Assembly (NCBI RefSeq): GCF_000002075.1
Contig: NW_004797299.1
Coordinates: 1,723,987-1,787,986 of the forward strand
DNA length: 64,000 nucleotides
From: Aplysia californica
Taxonomy: Eukaryota
Direction: 5' to 3'
This document shows positions 60,312-64,000 of the stretch, one piece after another (position 1 is the first letter of the stretch; the number at the start of each line of letters is the position of its first letter). Both the position numbers and the translations under genes were made by a program. The notes beneath the pieces were generated by a model. That model had not been told where the DNA came from, made no database searches, and was given only the letters and a program-made list of their open reading frames with translations.

Positions 60312-61000
60312 TCTAGTGCAAGTTTAGCTCTCAAGCAGTGCTGATTGTATGCACCCTCTTCCACATTTCCCTCCTCAAAGCCTACACAAAGATCACACCT
60401 GTCTTTTCGAGGATGGAACAATGACAGGTTCATAGCATTGAACTCTTCCTTAAATTTGAAGGTAAAAAGTACCCTAACACCCCACCACCTTCCCCCCTCC
60501 CCCGACTCATACTTTTCTTATACAAACGGCGGTACACTGCCTATAAGCTCTGGAAAACAGGTTCCAAGTGTAACTTACTGGAGTCCTTCCGACAATAGTG
60601 AGATGGCAACTTGGACAGATCGCGAAGAAACTGTTTAAGTGCTTTTGATTCTGTAGTCTCCACCCTCGCCCTTTCTCTCTGAACTGGAACCACTCCGTCT
60701 GCTATACCAAACCCACATGTGATTACATTGTGAGCCCACCAGTTACAGAGTCCTGTTGTACTCAGAAAGAAAGCCTTTCACACTTTGACTCTGGCCCCAT
60801 TCACCCGCAGATGGTACTTCATGAAACTTGACCTTTTGCTTTCTCCCTCCTTTTTCTCCAAAGGCTCGACAGTCGACCAACCCTTTAATAAAAGCAGCCT
60901 TTTCAGGACAAAGTACAAACATAGTCAAACGCCTCCTTCGGAGCAATGCGTTATCGCTGTGATCCACTATGGCGGGCGACCTAAACGAAATAGACTGTTA
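60312..61000 (-). pseudogene. Sola1-like transposase N-terminal/central fragment
   Basis: Degenerate KVKV.K.F.., SKLPSHYCRKDSSKLHLEP and NLSLFHPRKDRCDLC...YNQH. Confidence 0.65.
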
Positions 61001-61439
61001 GAATTTTTCTGTCATGGAAGCCAGTCGAATTTTTTTTGGTCAAAATTTTTCGGGATTTTAATAGGACGTAGCCATTCGTCGTGTTGATGTATTTTAAGGA
61101 AAAACGCATTTTGAGAAAGTCTTGGAATTAGATGATTAGAATTCTTGGCCGACGATATCTAAGCTGTAAAGTTGCAATGGGAGGTAAAAACCTGTTATGT
61201 CTCGTAAATAACTGTAGACTAGGTTATTATTTATACCCACTCTATGCATTATCATTAAGCAATTTATAGGGACCAGAAGCTAGGCTAGATCTATTTAAAG
61301 AAAAAATTGGTTATACACATATTAAGATATTAGTACTTAAGATTTTAGATACCAAAAAAAAAAACCCAACGAACAAACAAAGCCTGACTTAGAAAAGTCT
61401 AGACTTATAAATATTTGAATTTTGTATTTAGCTATTTTT

Positions 61440-61770
61440 AAAAAAAGGTCCCTACCTTAAGAGTGGACATCCATTTATCAGCTGATAAAAATGAACTGCT
61501 TGCGCAAGCAAGTGTACGAACAAACTCCGCCTCTGCTCTGGTAGTATCGAGTTGGAGGTCGTCAGTGTTTTTTGCCCCCACAGTCCCAGCCTGCTTCAAC
61601 ATTTTAGAAGCATCCTGGTGTTTCTTGAACTGCTGTGCCGACAGAGGTAATCTTTTCCACCATGGCCAATATTGATCTCTGCATGACCTGTCGTGCAGAA
61701 AGCATACTGGGAACCTTTGACACAACTGGTCCTACCCGAAATTCGGGTCGGTATTTGTTCAGATGCCTGG
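61440..61770 (-). pseudogene. hAT transposase N-terminal (BED-finger) fragment, with a 60-bp second copy at 60253-60312
   Basis: NKYRPEF..., YAFCTT..AEINIGHGGKD.L.RH, KKHQ and TTRAEAEF. Shared DNA CTGCTGTGCCG.CA.AGGTAATCTTTTCCACCATGGCCAAT. Confidence 0.7.
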
Positions 61771-61774
61771 CTCT

Positions 61775-62140
61775 TAAAAAGAGCAACAAGGCTTTTACTC
61801 CTATTACTCCTGCGACAAGAGTGTATAACGCTACCCCATTGCTTTGATAACTCGTTTTGATCTAACTCTGATAAATGAGTTTCCTGTAAACCTATTACAT
61901 CTAACTTTTCAGACCCGAAATTTTTTACCACTGCTGTTTATTTCTTATGGTTTTATAATCCCCGTACATCTAGTGTTCCTATCTTGAGTAGTTCCTGTAA
62001 AATTAACTTCGTATTACCTGCCATGTCGCTGTTCGTTCTTGTAGTCCGAGTGTACATTCATTGTCGTCATCTTGGTCCATCCACCCTTAATGCTTCTCTC
62101 TCCTCGTACATCTAATGTAGCGATCTTCAGTGGTTCTTCT
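61775..62140 (-). mobile_element. L1/Tx1-type LINE endonuclease N-terminal fragments
   Basis: LKIGTLDVRG, KLDVIGLQETHL...W and SNRSK.LVALF, with a second LKIATLDVRG at ~62100-62135. Confidence 0.7.
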
Positions 62141-62375
62141 AATTTTATGAACTTACTCTATTCCTTGAGGTAATATCGCTGTTTTATCTCGTAATAGCCA
62201 GGTTGGGTGCTTTGTCGTCTTCCATTGTCTAGTGGCCATTGCATCCTCTTCCACAGAGGTCTCATTCTTATCGGAGATCTCATGCATGCACTGGTTGACC
62301 AGTGTGTATCCTCTTCTTTCCATCCCTTGTCGACAGACTCGTCCTTAGGATCCTCCACTTGCGAACCGAACCCAA

Positions 62376-62443
62376 CTTTTTTTCGCGCGCTCATATGACC
62401 TTTTGCAGTTGCGAGCGCCGCAATACTCTTACTAAAAAAAAAA
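62376..62443 (+). mobile_element. Isolated LINE/SINE 3' tail
   Basis: GCGCGCTCATATGACCTTTTGCAGTTGCGAGCGCC, nearly identical to 63901-63935. Confidence 0.8.
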
Positions 62444-63149
62444 CCCTGCTGGCTGTGTGTTGTAGCACGAGCTCCTTGACACTGGGAGCCTCCCCGCCGG
62501 TGACCTTCCCTACTAAAATAAAGCTTAGCTATATATATATATTAGAGCCAGCCTGTATCTTATTAGTAATATCAGGGAGGGGCTGAAAGTCTTATTTAGG
62601 GTGGCTTCAAATTACACTTTGTAAACACATTTCTAAGTTGATTTTAAGAATAAGATTAAAAAGAAATTGGCAGTGAAGAAACCAATCATGATAGTAACTC
62701 AGATGTGACCAAAATTATGAAATTTGACTTTAGAAGCTCCTGGCTCAAAACTAGAGCCAGCGACTTCCGGCAGATTATCCCAGACGGCCACACATATTAC
62801 ATATTTGTATTTACATTTAATCTTATCTTGTTTCATTTTGTTGTACATAATGTATATATGACAGAAAATTATAAGAAAAACTGAGAATTTTGGTTTGTAT
62901 GTCATAATGATTTTTGTTTGTTTCCCTTGTTCAGTAGCCGAGTTATTTATCTAGTGCACCAAAATAATTTGTCTTTTTTACTTGGATTCTGGAGAGGATT
63001 TTTTGCTTGTTCTGTGTTAGCAAAAATAAAATGAGGTACTAACTGTACCTGTTTTTTTCTAAGTAAAGTGTGTTTGTATGTATAATATGTTGACATGAGG
63101 CTGCTTCTAAGTGTAGGTATTATCTGTGTTTAACTGTACAAAGAGAATT

Positions 63150-63962
63150 GATTCCTTATCCTATCTGACTCTCTGTCTTGCATCCCCTCACTTACAAACT
63201 ACACTCTCTTATACCCAAAAATAGGCTAGGTTACAACAACAAAATACACGCTTTGGCTGAAACCGGCAAAAGTATCGTGTTCACATGGCTACCTAGCCAT
63301 GTGGGCACCCAAGGAAATGAGCAAGTGGACCTCCTGGCGAAAGAATCCTTGTCCGTTCTGTTGGGATCAACTACGAACACTCTCCCACAGACTAATTTAA
63401 AAAATAAGTAAAAAACTACATCTCCAGTCTGTGGGAGACTCATTGGAAAAAGCAAGTATACAACAATCTTCACTACAGTAAGCCCGAACTGGGACCCCAA
63501 AATCCTCGGGCTTCTCCAGAAGAGACGAAGTCATTTTTACTCGATTACACATCAGACACAGGTCCCTGACACATAGGAGACCTCCTTCAGGGAGATGAGA
63601 AACCGTTTACCATTAGACACATATTTTAAAAGAATGTCTAGATTTTGGAGAGGACTGAAGGAAATATTTTAGATGCAAAAAATTGCAAGATATGTTTTCC
63701 GTCGTTGATCCCAACAGAATCCTTCATTTTGTATAGGCCGCTGGCCTTTTTGGAAAATTTTGAATCAGATTGTGTAAAAATTTTTATGTTATTTAAAACG
63801 GTATTTTAAATTAAGAATTTATTTACATTAAATTTTTAGCATTTTAGTAGAGGTGTTGACCGGAATCAGTATACAGTTGCGAAAAGAATCAACTTTTTTT
63901 GCGCGCTCATATGACCTTTTGCGGTTGCGAGCGCTGTAAAACTTACTTAAACTAAACTAAAA
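63150..63962 (+). mobile_element. 3' end of an I/Nimb-type LINE (RNase H + C-terminal domain)
   Basis: Encodes FTWLPSHVGTQGNEQVDLLAKE, then degenerate RRDEVI.TRL.I.H..LTH and TIRHILKEC. It ends in a 3' hairpin and an (AAACT)n tail. Confidence 0.85.
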
Positions 63963-64000
63963 AGTAAGAATGAAAAATTAGTTAGAGAAATCTATCCAGG

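Noticed and set aside
61596-61931. In-frame L1 endonuclease-hAT BED fusion
   Set aside because: The hAT N-terminus (NKYRPEF) lies in another frame, so the continuous ORF results from a frameshift.

Overview
This is AT-rich, repeat-dense animal genomic DNA with spliceosomal introns, probably from an invertebrate and most likely a gastropod mollusc (inferred from repeat types). It has four N gaps. Three intact spliced host genes were built with phase-consistent GT-AG introns: a secreted PAN/apple + C-type lectin (+, 835-17116), a nucleoredoxin-like-2 thioredoxin (-, 21844-27961) and R3HDM4 (-, 34061-50663). The rest is mostly transposable elements: Tc1, DD41D, mariner, pogo, hAT, MULE, P, piggyBac and Sola-like DNA transposons; RTE, L1/Tx1 and I/Nimb LINEs; tRNA-SINEs; and MITEs. 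The most striking feature is 42.7-62.2 kb. There, about 14 TE pieces from about 8 superfamilies all lie on the minus strand, many butt-joined and two forming in-frame chimeric ORFs. The densest part begins just upstream of, and divergent from, the R3HDM4 start, which is the architecture expected of a uni-strand antisense piRNA cluster or TE trap. Other highlights are a SINE/LINE shared 3' hairpin with compensatory changes, a candidate HDV-like ribozyme at the 5' end of a full-length RTE, and an RdCVF-like intron-retention configuration in the NXNL2-like gene. All family assignments come from motifs recognised by eye; no searches were run.
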